Source: an uncultured virus (IMG/VR IMGVR_UViG_3300044949_002487)
Lineage: Duplodnaviria > Heunggongvirae > Uroviricota > Caudoviricetes
Direction: 5' to 3' (one strand)
Length of the DNA: 64,000 nucleotides
Virus record (IMG/VR): IMGVR_UViG_3300044949_002487
Part shown: positions 27,563 to 36,879 of the stretch, piece after piece
How positions within the stretch are numbered: position 1 is the stretch's first letter
Layout of the letters: each line of letters begins with the position of its first letter
Notes under the pieces: model-generated
The model's database searches: none
Told to the model about the DNA's origin: nothing
Seen by the model: only the letters and a program-made list of their open reading frames with translations
Position numbers and translations under genes: made by a program

Positions 27563-27847
27563 ATGCCCATGGCAGTGGTCAACAAAGAAACGCGGCTGGC
27601 TCTGAAGGCCATCCGCGATATCGACGAGAGAACCGGCGGCCAAATGACCGCCAAGGCCCGAGAGCGCGTCCAAGAGGACACGCTAGAAGAGACGGGGGAG
27701 GCCCTCGCTAACGCTGTCCGGCTGGCGTACGCGCCTTTTGTGGTGCTCGCCCCGCCGCCTACCGTGACGATGCTTAACAAATTCATGAAGAAGGTGGACT
27801 GGACCTATATCGTCGAGCGCGTGCTCATTAACCCGGAGATGAACTAA
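27563..27847 (+). CDS. Small hypothetical protein, paralog of 27847-28134
   Basis: AAGGAG RBS; shared NxxxxxxLxxIRxxD…GEA…K-x-[VI]-DW pattern. Confidence 0.75.
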   Translation: MPMAVVNKETRLALKAIRDIDERTGGQMTAKARERVQEDTLEETGEALANAVRLAYAPFVVLAPPPTVTMLNKFMKKVDWTYIVERVLINPEMN

Positions 27848-28134
27848 TGAGCCAGGCAGCCGAACTCAACGAAATGTCGATGGTAATTCTCGACTGGATC
27901 CGCGAGATGGATAGCGAGCCCGGCGATACTCTGCGCAGCGTTACCGAGCAGCACGGATACGACGGGGACGTCCAGAAAATCGGCGAGGCGGTCCACATGT
28001 CGTTTATGAGCCTGAATAGCCTGTTTCTGCCCGTCGCGCCGAACTTCCTCCGAATGGTCTTCGAGGACTGCGTGAAACAGATCGACTGGGTCGGCGTCGC
28101 TCGGCAGCGCATGGCCGAGACCGAGGACGAATGA
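27847..28134 (+). CDS. Small hypothetical protein, paralog of 27563-27847
   Basis: TAATG overlap; KQIDWVGVA versus KKVDWTYIV. Confidence 0.75.
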   Translation: MSQAAELNEMSMVILDWIREMDSEPGDTLRSVTEQHGYDGDVQKIGEAVHMSFMSLNSLFLPVAPNFLRMVFEDCVKQIDWVGVARQRMAETEDE

Positions 28135-28150
28135 ACCCCAGAAAAGCGTA

Positions 28151-28188
28151 CGCGCACTGCCCTTCGGGGCGGTCGCGGCGTTTTTCTT
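28151..28188 (+). terminator. Intrinsic terminator with C(UUCG)G tetraloop
   Basis: ACTGCCC-TTCG-GGGCGGT stem extended by CGCG pairs, followed by TTTTTCTT. Confidence 0.75.
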
Positions 28189-28220
28189 AGCTATCAGCGC
28201 TCTCCAGTTACAATAACGAT

Positions 28221-29528
28221 ATGTCCAGTTTCAAGCGCTTATTTCCGTTCCGCCAGGTAGCCGTAGACCACATGGTCCGCGGCGTCACCCGAGTTTGGTG
28301 GCAGCTGGAGCGCGAGTTTAACGACCCCGGCCCGTACGTCTTTCAGCTGCAGTTTGGCAACACGCCGCTGAATGACGCCACGGATTGGCGAAATGTGGGC
28401 AGCCCGGTCACCGATGGCTACGTAGCCTACGACGACGTCTGGCGCGCGGCCGGAACGGACATTGTCACCCACTACCGGGTGACCCTGACCACGCCGAAAG
28501 ATATCTATGTCAGCGCCCCGGTAAATTGCTTCGGAGAACTAGCCGAGCGCGACTGGAACATTTCCCGCGAGATCATTCGCAAAGAACAGCTCCGCCATAA
28601 GTACGTCTCAGTCTCTGGCTACCTGATCAAACCGTATCGCTTTGGTCGCCCCTGCACGCGCTGCCGAGACCAGCTCAGCGGCGAGGTGCTGGACTCGAAC
28701 TGCCCGGTCTGCTCCGGCACGGGTTTCGAGGTTGGCTACCATCCGGCGTTGCCGCTGCAGTGCTGGGACGTTGAGCCCTACACAATCGAAGAAGACCAGG
28801 ACACTAACGCGCTGGGCACCACTCGCGCCAAGCACATGACCCGGGCCAGGGTAGTCGGCTTTCCCACGCTGAACACCAACGATATTTGGGTCAACGGCAC
28901 GAGCGACGAGCGCTGGATCATTCACAGCATTAAGGTGGCGGCTGCTATTCGGGGCGTGCCGCTGATTTACGAGGTTGAGATGGGCCTTGTGCCGCTGACC
29001 AACTCCATCTACGCCCTGGAAGTCGGCGGGGAGCCACCAGAACGCCCCGGCCCGACGCTACCAATTATTGGATGCGGCTCCGTGGTGGTCGACCATAACT
29101 ACGGCGGCGTGGATAACCTCGTCTACAGGGACGCCACGAATTACAGCATTGTGGGCGCCAACGTCTACGTGTTTCCCAAAGATATCTATGACGCCGCCTA
29201 CCCGGATCTGCCCAACCGCAACCTGGCTGTCGCTGGCACCACGACCCGAGTAAACGGACGTTGGACGGAGTCGCTGCTACTAAGCCCGGGCGACTATGCC
29301 CTGCTTTACGAAAAGCCTGGCGAGTGGGGTCCGGATATCGACTTTATTACGGTAGTGCCCAGCGATGCCGAAAGCTCGTTTACCTGGGTGCCTGCTGTGG
29401 CGCTGGCCGCAGAAACCAGCGACGCAATTCCAGAAGCCGACCTGGCAACCGAGTCGAGTGAGGCTGTTACAACCGAGACGGAAGAAAAGATCCCAGCCCC
29501 GGCCGACGACGAATTCTGGAATTTCTAG
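28221..29528 (+). CDS. Neck/head-closure-like protein with Zn-finger
   Basis: CTRC…CPVCSGTG; synteny between adaptor and tail terminator; TACAAT 6 nt upstream suggests a leaderless start. Confidence 0.5.
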   Translation: MSSFKRLFPFRQVAVDHMVRGVTRVWWQLEREFNDPGPYVFQLQFGNTPLNDATDWRNVGSPVTDGYVAYDDVWRAAGTDIVTHYRVTLTTPKDIYVSAPVNCFGELAERDWNISREIIRKEQLRHKYVSVSGYLIKPYRFGRPCTRCRDQLSGEVLDSNCPVCSGTGFEVGYHPALPLQCWDVEPYTIEEDQDTNALGTTRAKHMTRARVVGFPTLNTNDIWVNGTSDERWIIHSIKVAAAIRGVPLIYEVEMGLVPLTNSIYALEVGGEPPERPGPTLPIIGCGSVVVDHNYGGVDNLVYRDATNYSIVGANVYVFPKDIYDAAYPDLPNRNLAVAGTTTRVNGRWTESLLLSPGDYALLYEKPGEWGPDIDFITVVPSDAESSFTWVPAVALAAETSDAIPEADLATESSEAVTTETEEKIPAPADDEFWNF

Positions 29529-29554
29529 CGCTAGCTGTTTAAAGCAGGTATCGT

Positions 29555-29719
29555 ATGGATAACGCTAAGCGATTGAAATTACAGGCGCCTAAACTTGCGC
29601 TCCAGCCGTCAAAAGAAAAGTTAACACCGCGGCTGAAGATGGCGCCGCCCAAAATCAGGCTGCTTCCGCAAATCAAGCTGTTTGGAGCCGACGCAGTAAA
29701 GGACGACACGCGTGACTGA
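29555..29719 (+). CDS. 54-aa basic peptide (below the ORF-track cutoff)
   Basis: MDNAKRLKLQAPKLALQ…DDTRD*; fills the gap and its stop overlaps the next GTG. Confidence 0.45.
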   Translation: MDNAKRLKLQAPKLALQPSKEKLTPRLKMAPPKIRLLPQIKLFGADAVKDDTRD

Positions 29720-30425
29720 CTGCAACAACTCACCGAATCCGCCAGAAGTTGAGGCGCAGTTTCCGGAAGGCAGTCAGCCGGAAAACCGCGTTAACAAGGT
29801 TTCCGCGCTGTGCTCTTACGGCATGCGCCCGCACGTGATGACAGGGTTGCTGCGGCAACTGCTCCTGTCGCACTACTCTGACCCGAACAATATTGAAGAG
29901 CCCCGCGTCCGGCGGCAGCTGGCCGACATCGGAATGTGGAAACCGTCAGACAACGGTTTGAACGCGGGGGGCATTCTGATAGAAAGTATCACACGCTGGC
30001 AACCTGCCACGGCCGACAAGCGCCCCGCCATCCTTATCCGGAGAAACGGCTGGCGCTGGATGCGGCAGGGGATCGGCGACAAGCTGAACACGAACCTTTA
30101 CGAAGGCACCACCACGTACGCGGGTTTTTGGGAAGGCAGCCACACGCTGTTTTGCCTAGCCCCGGCAGGTGCCGAAACCGAGTTTTTGGCAACGGAAACT
30201 CTTAAGTTTTTGCATAACTTTGGGCCCTGGATTCGCGAGCAAATGAACCTTCATCAGTTCTATGTCAGCGAGGTTGGCGGGGTCAGCGAAGTTCAAGAAG
30301 CGTTACAGGGTTACGCCGTACCTGTAACCGTGGCATACATGGCCGAGGAAGCCTGGACGCTCCAGCCGTATGCGCCGCGCCTCAAGCGGATTGTCTTTAA
30401 GGCGACTGACCTGTTGTCGTACTGA
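29712..30425 (+). CDS. Putative tail completion/terminator protein
   Basis: Directly upstream of the sheath; RPAILIRR motif typical of tail terminators. Confidence 0.5.
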   Translation: MTDCNNSPNPPEVEAQFPEGSQPENRVNKVSALCSYGMRPHVMTGLLRQLLLSHYSDPNNIEEPRVRRQLADIGMWKPSDNGLNAGGILIESITRWQPATADKRPAILIRRNGWRWMRQGIGDKLNTNLYEGTTTYAGFWEGSHTLFCLAPAGAETEFLATETLKFLHNFGPWIREQMNLHQFYVSEVGGVSEVQEALQGYAVPVTVAYMAEEAWTLQPYAPRLKRIVFKATDLLSY

Positions 30426-30532
30426 GGAAATTCACACACCGTCGTGAAAAGGTGTTTTTTTGACCTGCTGGGGTCCGTTATACTGAGCCTCAGCCGCACC
30501 ATATCACGACATTAGGCACGGAGGCCTGACGC

Positions 30533-33367
30533 ATGTCGAGCTACGTTAAACCACAAGTTCTCGTTTTCCAGGAATTCTCGATCGTCCCCACGGAGATCAC
30601 TGAGCCGCTGCGCGCTCACGTCTCCGGCCCGCACGCGGTTCTCCACCGCCACGGCGACGCTGACGAGAAGCCGTTCTGCCGCCTGGGCGCTTACGACTAT
30701 CTGAATGACACGTGCTACCCGTGGCCGCAGCGGCTGCCGGGCTCGAACGTCGACGAGACGTACACCAAGCTGTACATCGACGACGCGCTGCTCCTGTTCT
30801 ATGAGCACATTCTCGGCGACACGTCGACCACGATCACCGCGGTCTCCGGTCGCACGAACTGGATCCAGTCCAGCGACCTGTCTTTCAAGAGCAACGGCGC
30901 GGCTTACCCGCGCAGCTCCATCTTCAACGATCGCGACGTTCAGTTGGGCGACGTGGTCTACCTCCGCGCTGTCGACACCGAGAGCTGCGAGGAGAAGGAG
31001 CTGTGGACGAGCGTCACTGGCTTTGCCAGCGAGCTGGTCGCGTCGCAGATCGAGGACGCCGCGGCGGACGACGATAACCAGGACACGATCGCGTCGACGA
31101 CCGCCACGATCACGAAGATCGGCGGTCCCGATAACTGCATCGTAGCCACGGTCGACGCGAGCGAATACGACGGCCTGGTCGACGGCGACGTCGAGGAAGA
31201 GTACACGATCGAGGTCATCAAGAGTTCCGTGGTCGGCTGCAACGCCGCGCGCCTGCGCGTCCGTTCGGCCAGTGGTAACGACGACGTGATTGAGGTTACG
31301 CCGGAAGACTGGGGCACGCCGACTGTAATCGGTAGCCGCGGCCTGGAGGTGACGTTCGACTACGATCCGGACGCGGGTTGCTCGGCGTCGGCCGAAGAAG
31401 ACGCCGTCGATCCAGACGTGCTGGTCACCGGCCAGAAGTGGCGGGTGGTTGTTAGCCAGGCGTTTGACAAGGTCGAAGCGACCTCGGGCGGCGACGGTTA
31501 CGACGGCGACAAGAACGACGTCTACATCGTCGAGTGCACTAAGGGCGGCCTGTTCGACATCAGCAGCGAGACCGGCTTCCCGGAGATCACCGTTCGCACG
31601 GTGAAGGGCCTCGATTACTCGGGTCCGACCGAGATCGTTGATCACAACGTCGCTGTGGCCATCGGCTCCAACGGCGTGACGATCAAGTTCCACGGCGAAG
31701 ACGAAGGCGACGCTGTCGACGGTCTGCGCAAGGGCGACCGGTGGTACATCAACGTGGAGTCGAGCAAGGCGGGCCCTGTCCGTCGCCTGATTCTCCGCGA
31801 CGACCTGCCCACCGAGATCGTCGACGCCGCTGACGTCGAGATGCGGCTCTTCATCAAGGACAACATCCAGGTGTCCGAGAACCGCGTCGGTTTCGCTCCC
31901 CTCAAGAACTACGCCCAGGAAGCCACGCAGGTCTGCGTGCACGAGGGCATCGTCGCCTACCACCCCGAGTGGACGGACGGCGGCGTCGAGCAGCCGCTCG
32001 ATGTTCGTGGCGGCACGCTGTACGTCGAGTACCGCGAGTGGCTCAGCGAGCTGGCCGACGAGGTCAACAGCGTGCAGAGCGTGGCCGAGCTGGACAAGAT
32101 CAAGGGGCAGCTCCACCCAGATAACCCGCTGAAGTGGGGCGTCTACAAGGCGCTCTCCAACAGCAACGGCACCGTGGTGAAGTACACGGCTGTGACCGAG
32201 CCTGCGGACCTCGATAGCTGGGTCCAGGTGCTCGAGCGGATTAAGGGTCGGGACGACATGTATAACCTCGTCCCGCTGACCTACGACACGCGCGTTCACA
32301 ACCTGTACGCGGCCCACATCGGCGGTGAGTCCAACGAGTACGCCAACAACTGGAAGGCTGGCTTCTTCGCCCTGCAGGCGGTGACCAGCAAGCTCCTCGT
32401 TGGCGAGGGTGCGCGGATCACCGGCGTGGCTGGCCTGACCATGCCTGAGCCGGTGCTGGCTACCCTCAGCGACGACCCGAACGCTACCAACACGCAGTAC
32501 ACGCTGCTGCAGGTGTCGGCAGGTTCCGGTTACTTCATCACCAATGAAGTGCAGCCGGGTGACCTTGTCCGCTACCTGTACACGGTGGACGGCTTCGGCG
32601 AAGAGCAGTACCAGGAGTTCGTGGTGGACCAGGTCCTCTCGGAAAACTCTCTGCTGCTGTTCTCGGGCGCTGACGCCCCGGTCACGGTCGCGCAGCGGGT
32701 TGAGATTCATCACAACCTCAACCGCAACGAGATCGCCGACGATATCGCCGAGCGCGCTGGTGCGCTCTCGAATCGCCGGGTCTGCGCTGTGTGGCCCGAT
32801 CAGGTTGGCGAAGCTGGCACGCTCATGGCGGGGTACTTCCTCGCCGCGGCGCTGGCCGGTCTCGCCTCTGGCGTGGTCCCGCAGCAGGGTCTGACGAACG
32901 TCGAGGTCGCCGGTTTCGACGACTTCACGCGGTCCTACAAGTACTTCAACGAGACGCAGCTGAATCGGATGGCTGAGGCGGGGGTGTGGATCGTGACCGA
33001 AGATCGCGACGGCACGCCGCACACGCGGCACGCGCTGACGACGGACAACCTCGACCTGAACCGTCGGGAAGAGATGATCCGCCGCAACGTGGACTCGATT
33101 TCTTACCTGTTCCTCCGTCGGCTCCGTCCGTACATCGGCCGGACCAACGCGACTCCGACGATGGTGCGGAAGCTGGAGTATGAGGTCACGAAGATCATCG
33201 ACTTCTTCAAGACCAACGGTAACACCCTTGAGCTTGGCTCGCAGCTGATCGACGGAACGATCCGCACCCTGCGGATCCACCCGCTGCTGCGCGACCGGAT
33301 CGAGATCGTTCTCGACCTGGTTGTCCCGGCCCCGCTCAATAACATCGAGCTTCACCTGGTCGTCTGA
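30533..33367 (+). CDS. Contractile tail sheath protein
   Basis: N-terminal YVKPQVLVFQEF; C-terminal REEMIRRNVD…IEIVLDLVVPAPLNNIELHLVV; 944 aa; precedes a tube-sized gene. Confidence 0.85.
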   Translation: MSSYVKPQVLVFQEFSIVPTEITEPLRAHVSGPHAVLHRHGDADEKPFCRLGAYDYLNDTCYPWPQRLPGSNVDETYTKLYIDDALLLFYEHILGDTSTTITAVSGRTNWIQSSDLSFKSNGAAYPRSSIFNDRDVQLGDVVYLRAVDTESCEEKELWTSVTGFASELVASQIEDAAADDDNQDTIASTTATITKIGGPDNCIVATVDASEYDGLVDGDVEEEYTIEVIKSSVVGCNAARLRVRSASGNDDVIEVTPEDWGTPTVIGSRGLEVTFDYDPDAGCSASAEEDAVDPDVLVTGQKWRVVVSQAFDKVEATSGGDGYDGDKNDVYIVECTKGGLFDISSETGFPEITVRTVKGLDYSGPTEIVDHNVAVAIGSNGVTIKFHGEDEGDAVDGLRKGDRWYINVESSKAGPVRRLILRDDLPTEIVDAADVEMRLFIKDNIQVSENRVGFAPLKNYAQEATQVCVHEGIVAYHPEWTDGGVEQPLDVRGGTLYVEYREWLSELADEVNSVQSVAELDKIKGQLHPDNPLKWGVYKALSNSNGTVVKYTAVTEPADLDSWVQVLERIKGRDDMYNLVPLTYDTRVHNLYAAHIGGESNEYANNWKAGFFALQAVTSKLLVGEGARITGVAGLTMPEPVLATLSDDPNATNTQYTLLQVSAGSGYFITNEVQPGDLVRYLYTVDGFGEEQYQEFVVDQVLSENSLLLFSGADAPVTVAQRVEIHHNLNRNEIADDIAERAGALSNRRVCAVWPDQVGEAGTLMAGYFLAAALAGLASGVVPQQGLTNVEVAGFDDFTRSYKYFNETQLNRMAEAGVWIVTEDRDGTPHTRHALTTDNLDLNRREEMIRRNVDSISYLFLRRLRPYIGRTNATPTMVRKLEYEVTKIIDFFKTNGNTLELGSQLIDGTIRTLRIHPLLRDRIEIVLDLVVPAPLNNIELHLVV

Positions 33368-33385
33368 GCTTAGGAGAAATCACAC

Positions 33386-33856
33386 ATGGCAGGTAGCGTA
33401 TTTACGCCCATTGGCGGTAAGGATCAGTACCACGCCGGTACGTTCCGCGCTGAGGACGTTCTTCTTACGTGGACTGGTAACAACAACCTCGAGGGCCTGC
33501 TGGTGCAGGAAGCTCAGTGGCGGGCGGCCCGTCAGGTGAGCATTCTGTACGAGATCGGTTCTCCGGCCGTTTACTACGTCGGCAATCGGCGCTCGGGCAC
33601 TGCCCAGTTCCGGCGCGTCGTGGGCGGCAAGGAATCCTTCAAGCAGATGGCCAAGGACTTTGGCGACATCTGCAACCCGCAGAACCTGGTGATCGACGCC
33701 CGGCAGCAGCCGTGCGGCGAGAACCTCACCGGTGGCGGCGTGAAGTATGAGTGCGTTGACGCCACGCTCAACGAGCTGGGCGGCGCCGTCACTGCAGAGG
33801 GCGTCGTGATCAGCGAAAACATGAATTTCGTGTTCGTCGATCTCTACTACTCGTGA
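33386..33856 (+). CDS. Tail tube protein
   Basis: 156 aa directly after the sheath; LYEIGS…YYVG pattern. Confidence 0.75.
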   Translation: MAGSVFTPIGGKDQYHAGTFRAEDVLLTWTGNNNLEGLLVQEAQWRAARQVSILYEIGSPAVYYVGNRRSGTAQFRRVVGGKESFKQMAKDFGDICNPQNLVIDARQQPCGENLTGGGVKYECVDATLNELGGAVTAEGVVISENMNFVFVDLYYS

Positions 33857-33886
33857 TCGACGCTCGCGAGATAACCTGATGCCGAA

Positions 33887-33921
33887 TAAACGGCGGTTGC
33901 GCTTAGCGCAGCCGCCGTTTA
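33887..33921 (+). terminator. 16-bp hairpin after the tube gene
   Basis: TAAACGGCGGTTGCGC-TTA-GCGCAGCCGCCGTTTA. Confidence 0.65.
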
Positions 33922-33978
33922 CGGTAATAGGCGAAAGCCTGGGGCTTCGGCCCGCAACCTCACCGTGACTGGTGGACA

Positions 33979-36867
33979 ATGACAGCGCAGCCTCCCGGAA
34001 AGCCGGTTGGGGTTACTCCCCAATCCGGCACCAATAATACCTACGACCCGACCCAGGCAACGCGGCGGCTTCAAAACGCCACGCAGTACGGGAGTCGAAC
34101 GGGCACCGCCGCCTACGGCGCGCAGCTCACGCCGGTCGCCGACCCCAACATGAACCTGGCTGGCTTTAAAGCCGGGTTTCAAGACACGGGGCGGGTGTGC
34201 ATCGGCTGGATCGTGGATGGCACCGCGATCGCCAACTGCTACCGGGTCCATGTCGAGAAGGGGCGCGCGCCAATCATCGCGACGGCGGTGACCAATACAA
34301 GCGCTGTCTGCTTTGGCGCGACAGAAATTAACACTTTCTCGCCGGGTACTCCCGTGGTCCTTATGGTCCACGACAAGCTCTCAACGGGCTACATTCTGGG
34401 CGCAGTTCCAGGTGTGCTCGATGTCGGCACGCGGGCTTACCACGATTACGTCACGCAGGCTACCCGGAAGCGCGTCGACGACTGCCACAAGAAGTACATT
34501 AAGCAGCCGCTTTCAGGGCAGATCGTTGACTGGAGCGCCTGGCGGCCTTTTGACGCCACGCTGGCTAGCGAGTGGGGCGCTGTATCGACCACCGGGCTTA
34601 AGGTCACGCTAGACGACTTCATGGTGCAGTTGGCCGTGAACGAGTTCACGGGCATCGTCGGTTTCTACCACGACTCGCTCCTGCGCATCGGTGGGTACAA
34701 CCTTCAGACCTGGACCGCCGGTCACGAGCGCGACGCGTTCATGGACCAGGGCGAATACAACGACTACCAGGGCTACTCGCCGTATCCATGGGAGCATTTT
34801 GGTCTGATTGAGCCGGGCTCCCCGATGATTCAGGAGTACCAGCCCAACTGTTACCAGTGTTATGACGGTAAGCCGTATTACGCACACTGGGAAAACAAAC
34901 ACGAGTACCAGCAGCCTTACCATCGCGCCCAAGAGTTTCGCGGCTACCTGGGCCAGGGCCACCGCTTCGTCGTTCAAGCGCCGCCGGAAGGCGTACAGCG
35001 CTGGATGTACAAAGAGGGCGCGAAGGGCGACCCAGGCAGCGTTTACGATTCAAACATTGAAAGTAAAGACGGCGCCGCTCCAGGCTGCGAAAGTGGGCCG
35101 GACAAGGACACGTCGTACGAGATCGAAGACAAGGCCCCGATTGGTCTCCACGAGGACAACGTTGCCCTGGACGGTCGTCGGTTTATCGCCAGCGCCAAGG
35201 GCATCACAATCAGCAAGCGGATGCTGCTGCCCACCCAGGTGCGGCTAAAGCGCCCTGAAGCTGGCGACGGAGACGACGCGGAGACTAACTACAAGGCGGC
35301 GTCTAAGGTCGGTGCCGGGCCTGAGCATCCAATCACGGGCGACATCAAGACCAGCGGCGATCACCCGCACATGCAGCGCGCCAGCGCTGTGCTCGACCTG
35401 CACGGCTACCTGTTTAACTATTCAGGTCTGCACCCGTTCCACTGGCACTACAAGGATTTCAAAACCTTTGAGCAGGACGAGCTGAAATACGCAGAGTACA
35501 ACCTCAAGGTGCCTGAGTATGGGCAGCTCAAGGGCTCGATGTATCTCGAGCAGCCGAGCCCCAAAAAGCTCAAGATTGACCACCGGTACGACACGCAGGA
35601 CTTCTACGAAACCGAGGCGTTTCTCTCGATCCTCGAGGACGGGAGCGTTGTTATTGGCGACGGGTATGGCGCCGAAATACGGATGAGCGCAGGTTGCCTG
35701 ACCCTCTCCGCGCCAGGCGACGTCTGGATTAAAAGCGGGCGCCACTCGCAGATCTGGTCGGGCGGTGACGCAATTATCCGCTCAGTCGGCAACGCTGACA
35801 TTTCAACGACGAAAAAGAGCGTCCGCATCAAGAGCGAGAAGGACGTTCTTATTCTTGCAGGAAACGAGGGCGGTCCTGGCGGCGTGCTCATCGAAAGCCG
35901 GTCGCAGTTGCAGCAGTACGACTTTGAAAAAGTGGGCGACGATATTCAATTCGGCGGCGTTGTGCTTCGCGCACCCGACTCAAATGTCGTCGGAATCGCG
36001 CACCAGATCTACCTGCGCACGGGCGGCGGCGGCAGCTCCATCGAGCCTGGCAACATCACGATCGACGCGGGCAAGGGTGAGGCGGACCTGGTCACTAAGA
36101 GCGACCAGCTGTTTCATTACATCGGCCAGAACGGACAGATCGCGCACTTCTTCCGCGCCAGTGCCGACGACGCTACGCAAGAAGCCAACTATTTCAGTAA
36201 AGACTTTACGCTGCTGTGCGGCCCGCTTGGGTGCAACGCCGACATCATCACCGACGGCAACGTGCTTGCGAGAGGCAGCTTCTTGACGAGCGAAGGTCAC
36301 ATCTTCACTGAGGAGGCAGCTAACGGCATGATTTACGTCGCGCCGTGCGACGGAAAGTGCCAAGGCCAGGTCGATGAAGCGATCGAGAAGATTCGGCTTT
36401 ACATCGAAGATGTGCTGCCGAAACTGGGCGATCAGGTTGACGAAACGTATCTGGAAGGTCTTTGGTACGACGAAAAACAGCCTGGCAATGCGCGCGTCAT
36501 GGACATTATGGAGTTCAGCTTCCGTAATGATGATCAGTACCGTATTCCGGACTTCATGCTCTACGAAGATCGGTGGCAGCAGATGGCCCGCATCTCTGGC
36601 AAGGTTCCAGATCGCTGGACGGAGAAGGCGGTGACGTCCAAAGTCGCGGGAGAGACCTACCCTTTCCCCGGCAAGAAGTGGCTTAGCGACGAACCCGCTT
36701 TTGCGACGCAGGACTTTAATATCGTCGAGGACGCGGGCGGCGGGCTGCGCGACAAGCGCCGCAACAGCGGCTCTGGCGACCTAGCCAGCGCATATCGCCA
36801 ACCCGAGTTTAAAAGCAGCACGCCCCAGGTCATCAACGGTACGTATCCGATTGTTGGCAAGGATTAG
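33979..36867 (+). CDS. Putative baseplate spike (gp5/VgrG-like) protein
   Basis: N-terminal OB-fold-like region (PGTPVVLMV…GYILGAVP) and beta-helix-like repeats (EDGSVVIGDGYGAEIRMSAG…GDVWIKSGR). Confidence 0.55.
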   Translation: MTAQPPGKPVGVTPQSGTNNTYDPTQATRRLQNATQYGSRTGTAAYGAQLTPVADPNMNLAGFKAGFQDTGRVCIGWIVDGTAIANCYRVHVEKGRAPIIATAVTNTSAVCFGATEINTFSPGTPVVLMVHDKLSTGYILGAVPGVLDVGTRAYHDYVTQATRKRVDDCHKKYIKQPLSGQIVDWSAWRPFDATLASEWGAVSTTGLKVTLDDFMVQLAVNEFTGIVGFYHDSLLRIGGYNLQTWTAGHERDAFMDQGEYNDYQGYSPYPWEHFGLIEPGSPMIQEYQPNCYQCYDGKPYYAHWENKHEYQQPYHRAQEFRGYLGQGHRFVVQAPPEGVQRWMYKEGAKGDPGSVYDSNIESKDGAAPGCESGPDKDTSYEIEDKAPIGLHEDNVALDGRRFIASAKGITISKRMLLPTQVRLKRPEAGDGDDAETNYKAASKVGAGPEHPITGDIKTSGDHPHMQRASAVLDLHGYLFNYSGLHPFHWHYKDFKTFEQDELKYAEYNLKVPEYGQLKGSMYLEQPSPKKLKIDHRYDTQDFYETEAFLSILEDGSVVIGDGYGAEIRMSAGCLTLSAPGDVWIKSGRHSQIWSGGDAIIRSVGNADISTTKKSVRIKSEKDVLILAGNEGGPGGVLIESRSQLQQYDFEKVGDDIQFGGVVLRAPDSNVVGIAHQIYLRTGGGGSSIEPGNITIDAGKGEADLVTKSDQLFHYIGQNGQIAHFFRASADDATQEANYFSKDFTLLCGPLGCNADIITDGNVLARGSFLTSEGHIFTEEAANGMIYVAPCDGKCQGQVDEAIEKIRLYIEDVLPKLGDQVDETYLEGLWYDEKQPGNARVMDIMEFSFRNDDQYRIPDFMLYEDRWQQMARISGKVPDRWTEKAVTSKVAGETYPFPGKKWLSDEPAFATQDFNIVEDAGGGLRDKRRNSGSGDLASAYRQPEFKSSTPQVINGTYPIVGKD

Positions 36868-36879
36868 AAGGAGTAAGAG

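Noticed and set aside
30512..33355. 947-aa minus-strand ORF antisense to the sheath gene
   Set aside because: It mirrors the sheath codon-for-codon. Strong GC3 bias removes TTA/CTA/TCA codons and hence antisense stops, and the product has no recognisable motifs.
33876..33940. Hammerhead ribozyme (CTGATG…GAAA)
   Set aside because: The core is CUGAUGC rather than CUGANGA, and the GAAA is a tetraloop, so the stem topology does not fit.
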